DNA of 64,000 nucleotides from Mobula birostris (taxonomy: Eukaryota). Shown here piece by piece: positions 50,701 through 63,909 of the stretch. Positions within the stretch are counted from its first letter, which is position 1. Every line of letters begins with the position of its first letter. Position numbers and translations under genes: made by a program. The notes under the pieces are model-generated. The model ran no database searches. It saw only the letters and a list, made by a program, of their open reading frames with translations, and had not been told where the DNA came from. Location of the stretch: contig NC_092380.1 of NCBI RefSeq assembly GCF_030028105.1, positions 70,615,717-70,679,716 of the forward strand. The letters are read 5' to 3'.

Positions 50701-53537
50701 TTTTAATTGAGATGCAAGCAGTTCATTATTTTTATCTCCAGACATATAAAATTGGCTCTTTAACTTAAGCAAATAACCTTCAATGGGATGAGTTAATAAC
50801 AGGTTATATTGTGATTGAAATTCCACCCTTTGTTTAAATAAATCAGTATTGGGGGAAATTGCATAAATATTATCTAAATCTTTAATTTGTTTTGAAATTC
50901 TATCTAATTCTGCTTTAGTTTGTTTTTTAAGTTTAGCTGAATAAGAAATAATCTGACCGCATAAAAATGCTTTAAATGTATCCCATATAACTAATTTAGA
51001 CATACCCCCTATATCATTAAAAAGAAAAAATTCCTTTATCTGGGTTTCAATGAAAGTGACAAAGTCAGAGTTTTGCAATAATGTCTGAGACATAGGCCAG
51101 GTAGGCGGGCAAGAGTGACATCATCAAATTCAAAAGACAAACTCAGAGGCGCATGATCAGATATAGCAATAGCGCCGTATTCGCAGGTTTTAACACTAGG
51201 CAAGAAGCGGGGATCGATTATAATACAATCGATCCTCAAATTTTTTATAAACATATAAGAAGAAAGGATATTCTCTATTGTCGGGATGAAGATACCTCCA
51301 CAAATCAATCAACCCAAAATCAATCAAAAAGGAATTAATAAATGACGCGGATCGATTTGGAAGTCGCTGATTGGTTGAGCTCTTATCAATCATAGGATTT
51401 AAACAACAATTAAAATCCCCACCCATTCTGAACATATATTCATTTAAGTCAAGCAGTAAAGCAAATACCTTTTTAAAAAAAGAAGGAACATCTAAGTTAG
51501 GACTATACAAATTAACCAAAACAACTTTTCTATTATAGATTGTTCCTTTAGCAATTAAAAATCTACCATTAGAATCTGATTCAATATCCTCTTGAATAAA
51601 TATATTAGGTTTAATGAAAATAGACACGCCTTTTGTTTTACTCTGAGAAGTAGAGTGGAATTGCAAACCATTCCACCATCTAAAAAATCTATTTTGAACT
51701 CCCGCCCTGATATGTGTCTCTTGAGCAAAAATTATATCAGGTTGGAATCGGTTAATAATTTTAAAAGTCTTCTTTCATTTAATAGGATGATTCCAACCAC
51801 ATACATTCCAACTTATTATTTTAATCCGTTTGAACAGCATACTATAAGTTCATTCTACTTTATACATGCACAAAGCACATACCAATGCAGGATGATCAAA
51901 GATGGCGGTGATGAAGAATACAACCAAATAAAAAACACGCATGCTCCGGAACCAACCAATGGGAAAAAACTAACTCTAAACCAACCCACCCACACCCGGA
52001 AACCCAAAAAAGGCAGGCGATCTACGATAGAATTCAAAGCTGCTGACTGCTCTGTCTGTGTTTTCTTTCCCTCCCCCCATTTAGTAAAAAAGTAGAGTGA
52101 CCTTGTGAAAAAGACAATAAAGTCTCAGGAAAAAAAGGTATTTACATTCCATCAACTGATAAACAAGAAAGAACCAAAATAGTTATCTCTTAGAGAGAAA
52201 AACCAGCGCCATATTTAAGTTTAATATTAATTCCCTAAAAAAGCTTTAAATTCAATTATAAAATGTTATAATAGAACAGAAAAATATATAAAAAGCCCTA
52301 TTAGTAGGAAAAACTACCAATTAGCTACGAAGTATTAAATTAAAGGAACAAATCGCCTTATCTTCTTCCCTCAGTCATAAAATGTCCAGAGATCATTCGA
52401 GCAGAGATACTTAATCCATAAATCTTTCCAAAGGAAAACCAATAATATGCAATAAGGAACAACTCACTGTGTTCTTTAATTAGTCTGTCGATGAAATATG
52501 CAAGTGACTTCATAAATCTTCTTTCCAAAATGCGAATAATATACAAATAGCTAAACAGCCTTTCAGGTGGATCATTCAACAGCGGTGTCAGTAACAGTGG
52601 CAGGCAAAGCCTGAACAAAATCTAGTACAGCTTTTGGATGAAAAAAAGTATGACGAGGAGAATTAGGAGGGAAAATTTTAAGTCTTGTCGGATACCTCAG
52701 AGACATGAAAAGATTCTTATCATATGCTTGTTTCATTATCAGGGCAAATTTTGATCTTTGTTCCATTATCTCTCTTGGATAATCTTCATAGAAGCGGAGA
52801 TCAGATTCCATAAATCTAAAAACTCTCTGTTTTCTTGCCTGTCGTATTATTTGATCTTTAATTTTAAAGTGATCAAAGCAAACCAGAACAGATCTTGGTT
52901 TACTAGAGTCCTTCGATTTTGAGATAAACGCCCTGTGTGCCCTTTGTATAGCAGGCGGCTGGCTTTGATAGAATGGTAGGAAATAAAGTGTGGAAAAGCT
53001 TACCAAAGTAAGCTGTTAGATCTCCATCTTCAGCTCCTTCCTGCAGCCCAACAATTCTTATAATCCTTTGTCGAGACCTAGTTTCCAGGTCTATAATCTT
53101 ATTTTGCTATCTTTCCAAACGAGTTGTAGCTTCAGACAGCTTTTGCTTAGTTATCTTCAATTCCTCTTCGTGTGAAATAACTTGAGTTTCCAGGTCTTTA
53201 AGTTTTCCCAGAAATGACTTCATTTCATTACTATTCTTTTCCAGTTGGTCTTTAATTGATCCATTCTGATCCTTAATTGAATTCAGTGTCCGAACGATAT
53301 CTTCAGCCCACGATGGCATTTCGTCAGATCTTTCCTTTTGCACCTTTCCTTTCCCATTACCTTTATCACTAGGTTCAGATAAATTCTTCCCACTTCTTGT
53401 AGACATAGACATACTGATCACCCTCAAGAATCAACAAGTAAAAATTTTAAATTCAAAGCTTAAACTAGGGGGAAAGAAAGAAAACTAAGAGCAGCAGAAA
53501 AGTACTGCTACTCCATTGGCAGACAGGGGCGGTCCCC
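47769..53537 (-). mobile_element. Full-length degenerate L1-clade LINE (ORF1 + ORF2) inserted in a SINE
   Basis: ORF1 coiled coil and RRM-like region (IQRAHRA, PRSVLVCF, YEDYP). ORF2 has APE (KGVSI, GGDFN), RT (RQGCPLSPLLF, YADD) and a Cys-rich C-terminus (CDRW..TLTHMFWSC). AATAAA + A-rich tail. TSD GTG(C/T)TTGTTCTT, 11/12 match, at 47757 and 53538. Confidence 0.93.
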
Positions 53538-53984
53538 GTGTTTGTTCTTAGTGTCCAGTTTCCTCCCTCATTCTAAACACATACAGTTTAGTCGGTCAGC
53601 AGTCACCTGGGTGTCTTTGGGTGACGTGGGTTATGGGTTGGAAGGGCCTGATACTGTGCTATATCTCTAAATAAACAAAGACAACTAATATCTATTAATT
53701 CAGTGAAACCTGAGTGTTGCTACGCCAATTATACAGCACATTTAATTTCAAGTAATTGCTCCTCAGGTGTTTGGTGCAGAAAGTGCTTTCTATTTCCTAA
53801 GGACATGAAACAACTATATACACATTCAAAGGACTCTGTGGTTCCAAACCATGGGTGGACGGATTTTGAAAATGAGAGGTAGGACTCTCCCAAAACTCAC
53901 GGCCTGTGAAACAATGTTTAGAATATACTCTGTTGCTGAAAGGAAATTTCACTGTACAGATGACAGGAAGATTAATCTTGTGAA

Positions 53985-54320
53985 TGTGGATGCAGTACTG
54001 TTTGATATCACAGGGGAGTCTAGGACCAGAGAGCACAGCCTCAGAATAGAGGGATGTCCCTTTAGAACAGAAATGAGGATGAAATTCTTTGGCCAGAGGA
54101 TGGTGAATCGGTGGAATTCATTGCTACATATAGATGTGGAGGCCAAGTTATTGGTATACTTAAAGTGAAGGTTTACAGGTTCTTGATTAGCAAGGGTGTC
54201 AATGGTTATGGGGAGAAGGCAGGAGAATGCAGTTCAGAGGGATAATAAATCTGCTAGGTGGAATGGCAGAGTAGACTTGATGGGCTGAATGGCCTGATTT
54301 TGTTCCTACATCTTATGGTC
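53985..54320 (+). mobile_element. CR1 3' fragment
   Basis: SRTREHSLRIEGCPFRTEMR motif and the CR1 3' UTR. Confidence 0.8.
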
Positions 54321-54479
54321 AAATTTTGTTCAGTAATAAATTTTTAGCTCACTTTAGGATCTCTTCTTTCAAAGTTTGTGTGTTGTCTTTAGGTAAGATA
54401 AAACAACCATGTAAAGAGAAAAGTATGGGACTGAAGACAGTGTTTATGTTCAAAGTTCAAAGTAAATTTATTATCAAAG

Positions 54480-56505
54480 AATCAGAATCAGAATCGGGTT
54501 TATTATCACCAGCATGTGACATGAAATTTGTTAACTTAGTAGCAGCAGTTCAATGCAATACATAATATAGAAGAAAATAAAATAATAATAATAATAAATA
54601 AGTAAATCTTATTCAGTGTACTTTATACAGTATACATATATTGAATAGATTAAAAATCGTGCAAAAACTAGAAATACTATATATTTTTTAAAAAGTGATG
54701 TAGTGTCCAAGGGTTCAATGTCCATTTAGGAATCGGATGGCAGAGGGGAAGAAGCTGTTACTGAATCACTGAGTATGTGCCTTCAGGCTTCTGTACCTCC
54801 TACCTGATGGTAACAGTGAGAAAAGGCATGACCTGGGTGCTGGAGGTCCTTAACAATGGACACTTCCTTTCTGAGACACCACTCCCTGAAGATGTCCTGG
54901 GTACTTTGTAGGCTAGTACCCAAGATGGAGCTGACTAGATTTACAACCTTCTGCAGCTTCTTTTGGTCCTGTGCAGTAGCCCCTCCCCCCATACCAGACA
55001 GTGATGCAGCCTGTCAGAATGCTCTCCACGGTACATCTATAGAAGTTTTTGAGTGTATTTGTTGAAATACCAAATCTCTCCAAACTCCTAATAAAGTATA
55101 GCCACTGTCTTGCCATCTTTATAACTGCATCAGTCTATTGGGACCAGGTTAGATCCTCAGAGATCTTGACACCCAGGAAATTGAAACTGCTCACTCTCTC
55201 CACTTCTGATCCCTCTATGAGGATTGGTATGTGTTCCTTCGTCTTACCCATTCTGGAAGTCCACAATCAGCTCTTTCGTCTTACTGACGTTGAGTGCCAG
55301 GTCATTGCTGCGGCACAACTCCACTGGTTGTCATATCTCATCACTCCTGTACACCCTCTCGTCACCACCTGAGATTCAACCAATAATGGTTGTATTGTCA
55401 GCAAACTTATAGATGATATTTGAGCTGTGCCTAGCCACACAATCATGGGTATATAGAGAGTAGAGCAGTGGGCTAAGCACACACCCCTGAGGTGCACCAG
55501 TGCTAGTCGTCAGCAAGCAGGAAATGTTATCACCAATCCGCATATATTGTGGTTTTCCGATTAGGAAGTCGAGAATCCAATTGCAGAGGGAGGTACAGAG
55601 GCCCAGGTTCTGCAACTTCTCAATCAGGTTTGCGGGAAAGATGGTATTAAATGCTGATCTATAGTCGATGAACAGCATCCTGACATAGGTGTTTGTATTG
55701 CCCAGGTGGTCTAAAGCCATGAGTAGAGCCATTGAGATTGTACCTGCCATTGACCTATTGTGGCGATAGGCAAATTGCAATGGGTCCAGGTCCTTGCTGA
55801 GGCAGGAGTTCAGTCTAGTCATGCCCAACCTCTCAAAGCATTTCATTACTGTAGATGTGAGTGCTACCGGGTGATAGTCATTAAAGCAACTCACGTTATT
55901 CTTCTTAGGCACTGGTATAATTGTTGCCTTTTTGAAGCAAGTGGGAACTTCCGCCCAGAATAGTGAGAGGTTGAAAATGTCCTTGAATACTCCCACCAGT
56001 TGGTTGGCACAGGTTTTAAGAGCCTTACCAGGTACTCCATCAGGACCTTCCACCTTACGAGGGTTCACTCTCTTTAAAGACAGCCTAACATCAGCCTCTG
56101 AGAGATCACAGGGTCACCAGATGCAGCAGGGATCTTCACAGCTGTAGTTGTATTCTCCTTCTCAAAGCGGACATAGAAGGTGTTGAGTTGATCTGGTAGT
56201 GAGGCATCGCTGCCATGCATGCTATTGGGTTTCGCTTTGTAGGAAGTAATGTCTTGCAAACTCTGCCAGAGTTGCTGTGCATCCGATATCACCTCCAACC
56301 TCATTTGAAATTGTCTCTTCGCCCTTAAAATAGCCCTCCGCAGATCATACCTGGTTTTCTGGTACAGGCCTGGGTCGCCAGACTTGAGTGCCATAGATCT
56401 AGCTTTCAGCAGACAACGTACCTCCTGGTTCATCCACGGCTTTTGGTTTGGGAATGTGCAGTAAGTCTTTGTAGGCACAAGCTCATCCATACAGGTTTTA
56501 ATGAA
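54480..56505 (-). mobile_element. 5'-truncated Rex1/Babar-type LINE
   Basis: RT motifs [28 protein letters not shown] and KFADN. (GAATCA)n tail on the plus strand. Confidence 0.88.
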
Positions 56506-56689
56506 GTACATATATGTCACCATAAGCAACATTTTCTTGCAGGCATACTCAATAAATCCAATAACAATAATAGGATCAATGAAAGACCACACCAATAGGG
56601 TGGACAACCAGTGTGCAAAAGACACCCAAATGTGCAATTACAAAATGAAGAAAAAAATAGAAATAATAATAATAGTAAATTGAAACCTT

Positions 56690-58205
56690 AAGAGCATAAA
56701 TAGTCGACCTAATGGAGCATAAAATGGATAACTCAAGTAAGACAGTTAAGAGAAAAGCTAAGAAAATTCTAATTGAAATATCAGGTCAATACAAGATATG
56801 ATCAGCCTAATGAAAGCACTGTTGCATTTGTAAACACACGAAAATAAATGCTCGGTGCATACAAAGCCAGACAAATGTGATACATGAAATGTGTCAGACG
56901 GAGAAAACAGTTCAGGAACAATGAAAAAGGTTGATACAACATAGTGAAACTAAATTTGATGGACCAAAATGTCACCAACCATAGCATAGAATTACCAACA
57001 AACATAGAAACTTTTGTTCTAATATCTGGTCAGATAAAGTGACACACAATCGACAGGCAAACTGGATTGTGGAGGGAAAAGAACACACACATAAGTGAAG
57101 GCATGCAAATACCTGAAGTTACAATGGATATGCGAAAAGCAGTTATAAAAGTTACCCACAACTGGAAAAGTATCAGCAGTGACAATATTCATAACTATCG
57201 GTATAAAAAATTTAATTATCTTCATTTGTATCTAGTAATACATATAAACAATTTCCTTAAAAATCCTGAAAACATGTCCGATCTTTTGACACAAGGTAAA
57301 ATATGTCTTTTACCTAAAGGAGAAATCACTAATGAGCCATCAAAATATCATCCTGTTACTTGCTTACAAACTGTATATAAAATTGTAACTTCATGTATCT
57401 CGCAACTACTCACCACTCACTTACCACTCATTACAATATACTTACCGAAGTGCAGAAAGGATGCCATAAGGGTATGAAAGGATGTAAAGAGCAACTGATA
57501 ATAGATTCTGTAATTCTAAATCAAGCCCAGCGGAACAGCAGAAATCTTTCAGGTTGTTATATTGCCTACGAAAAGGCATTTGATTCTGTCCCACACGCAT
57601 GGTTAATAAGAGTTCCTAATATATACGGTATAAACTACACGCAGTACTTGTGAAATTCTTTCAACATCTGTTGAAGCTTTGGTGTACTATAATCACCCTA
57701 TCTATTTATAACCAAAAAAGAACTACCACTATTATCAAAATAAACTGAGACATTTTCCAGAGCAACTTTCTGAGCCCGCTGTGGTTTGGTCTAGCTTTAA
57801 ACCAACTTGCTAATTTATAGAATTGGATAAAAATTGAGTATCAAATCAGAAACAATCAAATGAATTATACCTTGACACACCTATATATGGATGATTTGAA
57901 ATGTTATGCTCCAACAGTAAAGCTGAAACAATTAATTCAAATAGTTGAACTATCTTCAAAAGCTATAAACATGAACTTTGGACTAGATAAGTGTAGAACA
58001 TTAAACATAAAGAAAGGTGCACTAGAGCTAATAAAATATAAAACAGATCAGCAGGTTACAATACAGCCGAAGGATCAATATGAAACACATCAGTATACGG
58101 AAGATGAAAAAGCAAAGAAAATAGATCGTAGTGTGATAAAGGGAAAATTTTCCACAGAACTTACTTTAAGGCTTAAGAAAATCTGCCAAACAGAGCTCAG
58201 TAGTA
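56690..58205 (+). mobile_element. R4/Dong-like non-LTR RT fragment (degenerate)
   Basis: HNWKS...DNIHNY, SKYHPVTCLQTVYKI, QKGCHKGMKGCKEQLIID, YEKAFDSVPHAWL and THLYMDDLK motifs. AT-rich. Confidence 0.75.
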
Positions 58206-58214
58206 AAAACATGG

Positions 58215-59095
58215 AAACATAGAAAACCTACAGCACAATACAGGTCCTTCAGCCCACAAAGTTGTGCCGAACATGAGCCTACCTTAGAAATTACTAGGGT
58301 TACTCATATATTTTTCTAAGCTGCGTGTACCTATCCAAAAGACCCTATCATATCTGCCTCCACCACCGTTGCCAGCAGCCCATTCCATGCACTCACCACT
58401 CTCTGTGTAAAAAAACTTACCCCTGACATCTCCTCTGTACCTACTCCCAAGCTCCTTAAACCTGTGCTCTCCTGTGGCAGCCATTTCAGCCCTGGGAAAA
58501 AGCCTCTGACTATCCACACAAACAATGCCTCTCATCATCTTATGTAACTCTATCAGGTCACCTCTCATCCTCCGTCACTCCAAGAAGAAAAGGCCGAGTT
58601 CACACAACCTGCCTTCGTAAGGCATGCTCCCCAATCCAGGCACATCCTTGTAAATCTCCTCTGCACCCTTTCTATGGTTTCCACATCCTTCCTGTAGTGA
58701 GGCGACCAGAACTGAGCACAGTACTCCAAGTGGGGTCTGACCAGGGTCCTATATAGCTGCAACATTACCTCTCGGCTTCTAAGTTCAATTCCATGATTGA
58801 TGAAGGCCAGTACACCATATGCCTTCTTGACCACAGAGTCAACCTGCACAGCTGCTTTGAGCGTCCTATGGACTCAGACCCCAAGATCTCTCTGATCCTC
58901 CAAACTGCCAAGAGTCTTACCATTAATACTATATTCTGCCATCATATTTGACCTATGGGAATGAACCACCTCACACTTATCTGGGTTGAACTCCATCTGC
59001 CACTTCTCAGCCCAGTTTTGCATCCTATCAATGTCCCGCTGCAACCTCTGACAGCCCTCCACACTATCCACAACATCCCTAACCTTTGTGTCATC
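58215..59095 (-). mobile_element. CR1 3' fragment
   Basis: YTDDTK, HLEYCAQFW and RGDLIE motifs. ACATAGAA tail. Confidence 0.88.
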
Positions 59096-59105
59096 AGTGT
59101 AATAT

Positions 59106-61625
59106 TGATGTGACTCGGACACCGGTGTAGATTGAACAACCAACCTTTATTCACCAGACTTCCATTCTTTTAAAACCCTTTTCCACGTCCTGACGTCATA
59201 CGCACTCTGATACTATGAATACTCACACAGTACATTACATCCCCCTTCTCAAGATTTTTTTTTACAACACTGTGAATTACCAAAACAATGCCTCTAGGTG
59301 TGCCCTTCTTACAGTGCAACAACTATGACATAAACTAAAAAAAATCTTACCTTGTACTGTATTCTGCATTGTATTTTACAATACTAACAGCAGTGTATTT
59401 TCTTTTACTAACATAGACTAATAAACCTTTTACTTCACACCTTGGAACTTATGACATGTGTGACTTTGCCTGAAACTGTATGTCTAGTCTCTGTATCTAG
59501 CTGGAAGTTTGACTTGTCTCCCAGACCGTGTGTGACACAACTGTGACTGTGCTTGACCTTCATCCGTGTCAGTCTCTCGAGTGACCTCTGTGTCTTTGCG
59601 GTCTGCATCATTCTTGGTGTCATTTGTTTCCATGTCTGTACCTGTGGAAATGTCCTGTGCATCTGTACGTGGAAACTCACTCTGACCTGTCTTCAGCAGA
59701 TGCTTCCTGTTCCTCCTGTAGACTCTTCCATCCGGCGTGCGAACTATGAAGGATCTTGGTTGCTGATGTCTGTTCACAACCACAGCTGGTTGCCAAGTGT
59801 CCCCTCTCTGTATTCTGACATTTTCACCTGTATGTAGATCTGGCAACTGTATTGTATGTCTGTCATAGTAGCTGTTTTGCTTTATTTGCTTGTACTTTTG
59901 CTTGTCATGTACTTGAGCATTACCTTCAGGAGTCAGTAGAGTTGTGGATGTTAGCAGTTTGGACTTCAGATGCCGTCCCATCAACAGCTGTGCAGGAGAG
60001 AACCCCACACCCTCAATAGGTGTGTTGCGGTATTCAAGCAGAGCAATGTAAGGGTCACCGTTGCTGCTTTGTGCCTTCTTGAGCATGTTCCTGACAGTTT
60101 GTGCAGTTCTCTCTGCTTGTCCATTAGACTGAGCATGCCCTGGACTGGAAGTAACATGTTGAAATTCCCAGCTTTCTGAGAACCCTCTGAACTCCTGGCA
60201 TATTGTGGACCATTGTCTCTAACGACAATATCTGGAATACCATGTCTTGCGAATGTCGACTTCATTGCGGTAATGGCACCTCAACTGGACATGTCACTTA
60301 ACTTGGTGATCTCCGGATATTTTGAATAGTCGTCCACACAAAGCAGATATTCTGTACCATTGTAGTGAAAGAGATCTTTGCCAATCTTCTCCCATGGTCT
60401 TCCTGGTAGTGGGTGGGGAAGCAGAGGCTCTCTTGGATTGCTGTTTTTGGTTTCATTACAGACAGCACACTGAGACACAATGTCTTCTATCTGAGTTGAC
60501 ATGCCTGGCCAATAGAAAATGTCTCTTGCTCTTTCTTTACATTTCACTATCCCCAGGTGTGACTCATGAATTCTGTTGAGCATTTCCTGTCTCATTTGGT
60601 TTGGTACGATGAGTTTTGCCATTTTGAACATTAGTCCTGATCCTTCCTTTGGAACATCTTTTCTGTCTGTTGGCCATCCACTTATTGTAATGTCTCTTAG
60701 CATTTGCATTTCAGGATCATCTGCAGTCGCTTTCCTGAACATGTTCAACTTCTCCTCAGAGATGGGTAGCTGAGGTGTAACCCGGTTGACCTCCAGCTCT
60801 CTTCCTAGCAACTCTTCCTTTTGCTGTTTGAGGTAAGCACGGCTCAAAGCATCAGCAATGTACAGTTCTGTTCCTGGCTTATGGGTGACTGTGAGAGTGT
60901 ACCTCTGTAGCCTGAGAAGCATCCTTTGCAGCCTCATAGGAGCTTGGTGGAGTGGCTTTTTGAAGATGCTCTCAAGTGGTTTGTGATCACTCTCAACCTG
61001 GATTTCTTTGCCATATACATATTGGTGGAACTTCTCACACCCATAAACTATGGCGAGTAATTCCTTCTCGATTTGAGCATATCGGCATTGGCAATCCGTA
61101 AGTGCTCGTGATCCAAACACCACAGGCCTCCCATCCTGCAGTATAACAGCTCCTAGTCCCTCCGAACTGGCATCCACAGACATCGTCACTGGTTTATTGA
61201 CATCATAGAACTTGAGTGCTGGTGCATTGGTAACCAACTGCTTCAATGTGTCAAAACTTTTCTTTTGTTTGTCTTCCCAATGCCATTCAGTGTTGCTCTC
61301 TAGTAGCTTTCGGAGTGGAGCGCTGACCTCTGATAATTTGGGAATGAATTTGGCAAGATACTGTATCATGCCCATGAACGTTAATAGTTCTTGCTTGTCT
61401 TCGGGTGGTGGTAGCTGTACCACAGCTCTGACCTTTTCATCATCTGGTTTTAGCCCATCAGTGCTGAGCACATGACCTATGTATTTGATCTCTGTAGTTC
61501 TGATCTTACACTTACTTTTGTTCAGTTTTAAGTTGTACTCACATGCTCTCTCCAGGAGCTTCCTCAGTCTCTGATCATGTTCCTCAATTGTGTCACCCAT
61601 ATCAGCAAATCATCAGTGATGTTGC
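59106..61625 (-). mobile_element. 5'-truncated Gypsy (Mag/K02A2.6-like): RT C-terminus, RNase H, integrase, 134-bp 3' LTR
   Basis: VDASSEGLGAVIL, YAQIEKELLAIV, HESHLG..C..C, DNGPQY and GPY/F-like tail. PPT GAGAAGGGGGA before the LTR at 59239-59106 (TG...CA). Confidence 0.92.
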
Positions 61626-61939
61626 CTCATTCAATTTTCCCAATGTTTGGAAATTAATTCCACTTAATTAGAGGGAGCACTGTAGCACAGAAGTTAGTGT
61701 AAAGTTTTACAGCACCAGCGATCAATTCCCTCCACTGTTGGTAAGCGGTTTATACATTCTCCCTGTGATCACATGGGTCTCCTCTAGGTGCTCCGATTTC
61801 TCCCATATTCCAAAGACTTGTGTTGGATCTCTTATTTTTCTGATCCTTAGAGTTCTTTCAGGGATCAAGAATGGTAAGCAGTCCTAATTTTTAATGACTA
61901 CTTATATTAAAGTTTAAACAAACACTTTTATATAGTTAG

Positions 61940-62780
61940 GTTAAGTGATTGGGCAAGGATCTGGCAGATTGAGTACAATGTTGGTAAATGTGAGGTCATC
62001 CACTTTGGAAGGGAAAATGAAAGAGCAGATTATTATTTAAATGGTAAAAAAAAATTCAGCATGCTGCTGTGCAGAGGGACTTGCAAATGCTTGTGCATGA
62101 ATCACAAAAGGTTGGCTTGCAGGTGCAGCAGTCTATCAAGAAGGCAAATGGAATGTTGGATTTAAGAGCAGGGAGGTTATGCTGCAACTGTACAGGGTAT
62201 TGGTGAGGCCGCACCTGGAGTACTGCGTGCAGTTCTGGTCCCTTTACTTGAAGAAGGATATACTGGCTTTGGAGGCGGTACAGAAGAGGGTCACCAGGTT
62301 GATTCCTGAGATGAGATGGTTTGACTATGAAGAGTGATTGAGTCGCCTGGGACTATACTTGCTGGAATTCAGAAGAATGAGAGGAGATCTTACAGAAACA
62401 TATAAAATTATGAAAGGGATAGATAAGATTGAAGCAGGAAAGTTGTTTCCACTGGTAGGTGAGACTAGAACTAGGGGACATAGCCTCAAGATTCAGGGGG
62501 AGTAGATTTAGGATGAAGATGAGGAGAAACTGCTTTTCCCAGAGAGAGGTGAATCTATGGTGAATCTCTGCCCAATGAAGCAGTGGAAGCTACCTCAGTA
62601 AATATATTTAAGACAAGGTTGGATAGATTTTTGCATAGTAGGGGAATTAAGGGTTATGGGGAAAAGGCAGGTAGGTGGAGATGAGTCCATGGCCAGATCA
62701 GCCATGATCTTATTGAATGGCGGAGCAGGCACAATGGGCCGAATGGCCTACTCCTGCTCCTGCTTCTTATGATCTTATGT
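61940..62780 (+). mobile_element. CR1 3' fragment
   Basis: RPHLEYCVQFWS motif and the CR1 3' UTR ending in TTCTTATG. Confidence 0.88.
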
Positions 62781-62989
62781 TCAAGCATACAAATACCAAG
62801 CAAACTAAGTGAAGAGATGAGAAGCAAGGCTGAAATTCAACAGATTCAAAGATGAAGAAAGTGAAAATAAAAAGGTGGTGCCTCTGAAAAATCAATGAGA
62901 TTTAGAAATTTCCTTAAATAAAAATAAACCAATGGTTGTACAATTATGTCAAGTGTGTAATGTGCTCACACTTAGTCAATGAAAAATGA

Positions 62990-63300
62990 AAAGGTAACTC
63001 CTATATTGCCTTCTGTCAGTCTTCTTCGGCTGTCCATCGATTTTCGATGTTGACTGAGGCCTGGGCAAGGTTGTATGGAAGACCGGCAGTTGCCCATGCT
63101 GCAAGCCTCCCCTCTCCATGCTACCGATGTTGTCCAAGGGAAGGGCACTAGGACCCATACAGCTTGGCATTGGTGTCGTCGCAGAGCAATGTGTGGTTAA
63201 GTGCCTTCCTCAAGGACACAACACCCTGCCTCAGCTGAGGCTTGAACTGGCGACCTTCAGATCACTAGACCGACGCCTTAACCACTTGGCCCCGTGCCAC
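62990..63300 (-). mobile_element. tRNA-derived SINE
   Basis: A-box GCCAAGTGGTTAAGG and B-box GTTCAAGCC on the minus strand near 63290-63240. Confidence 0.7.
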
Positions 63301-63451
63301 ACAAGTAAATGGGGATGAACCACCACATTTTGTGAAAAATACACGAGTTTGTTAAAAAAGTACAAATTATAATTAAACAATGACTTTAGTCTTGCATTAA
63401 TTCATCTAATATCTTATTAAAAGTATTTTAAAAAACAGTGGTTTCCAACAG

Positions 63452-63492
63452 TCACTCCTTTGGTTCTATAAGGGACCCTGGCAGAATCACAT
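63452..63492 (-). CDS. Candidate terminal exon of an upstream gene (D-VILPGSLIEPKE-stop)
   Basis: Acceptor TTTTCTGCCTTTGAATTTTCAG and a phase-1 open frame to TGA. No homology support. Confidence 0.22.
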
Positions 63493-63853
63493 CTGAAAAT
63501 TCAAAGGCAGAAAATACTTAAAGTATCTATGTTACAGAGTAATCAAAAATTATTTAAAAGCATTGAGTCGTTTCAACCGGCACATCATGAGTAAGGGAAA
63601 CATGCAAAAATATAATAACAAATGTCAAAATAAAGTCCATAATATCCAATTAAATGTCCAATAATTATATCTGTGCTTTAAGTCTTCCCACAGTGCTTGT
63701 CTTAATCTGGAGTCACTTTAGCTTGTTTGCCATGACTAGCATGTATCCACATTTATTTTCTACTTTAACTGCTGAAATGGTAATTAACAGTCATTGTAAG
63801 GACCTTCCCACCAAACTCCAGGGTTCCTACGCAGTTTGTTCACCAGGACCCAC

Positions 63854-63909
63854 CTGGCAGGAACCAAGGTGTGTCCTCCTTCTGATGGACCACTCTAAGT
63901 AGCAGAAAG
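63854..63909 (-). CDS. Candidate 56-bp internal exon of an upstream gene
   Basis: Branch-like CTAAC, acceptor TATTTCTCAACAG and donor CAG|GTGGGT. Two frames are open. Product not recognised. Confidence 0.28.

Noticed and set aside
53768-53880. Plus-strand open segment between CAG and GTAGGA (VWCRKCFLFPKDMK...)
   Set aside because: Isolated, with no partner exons or recognisable domain. Compatible with chance.
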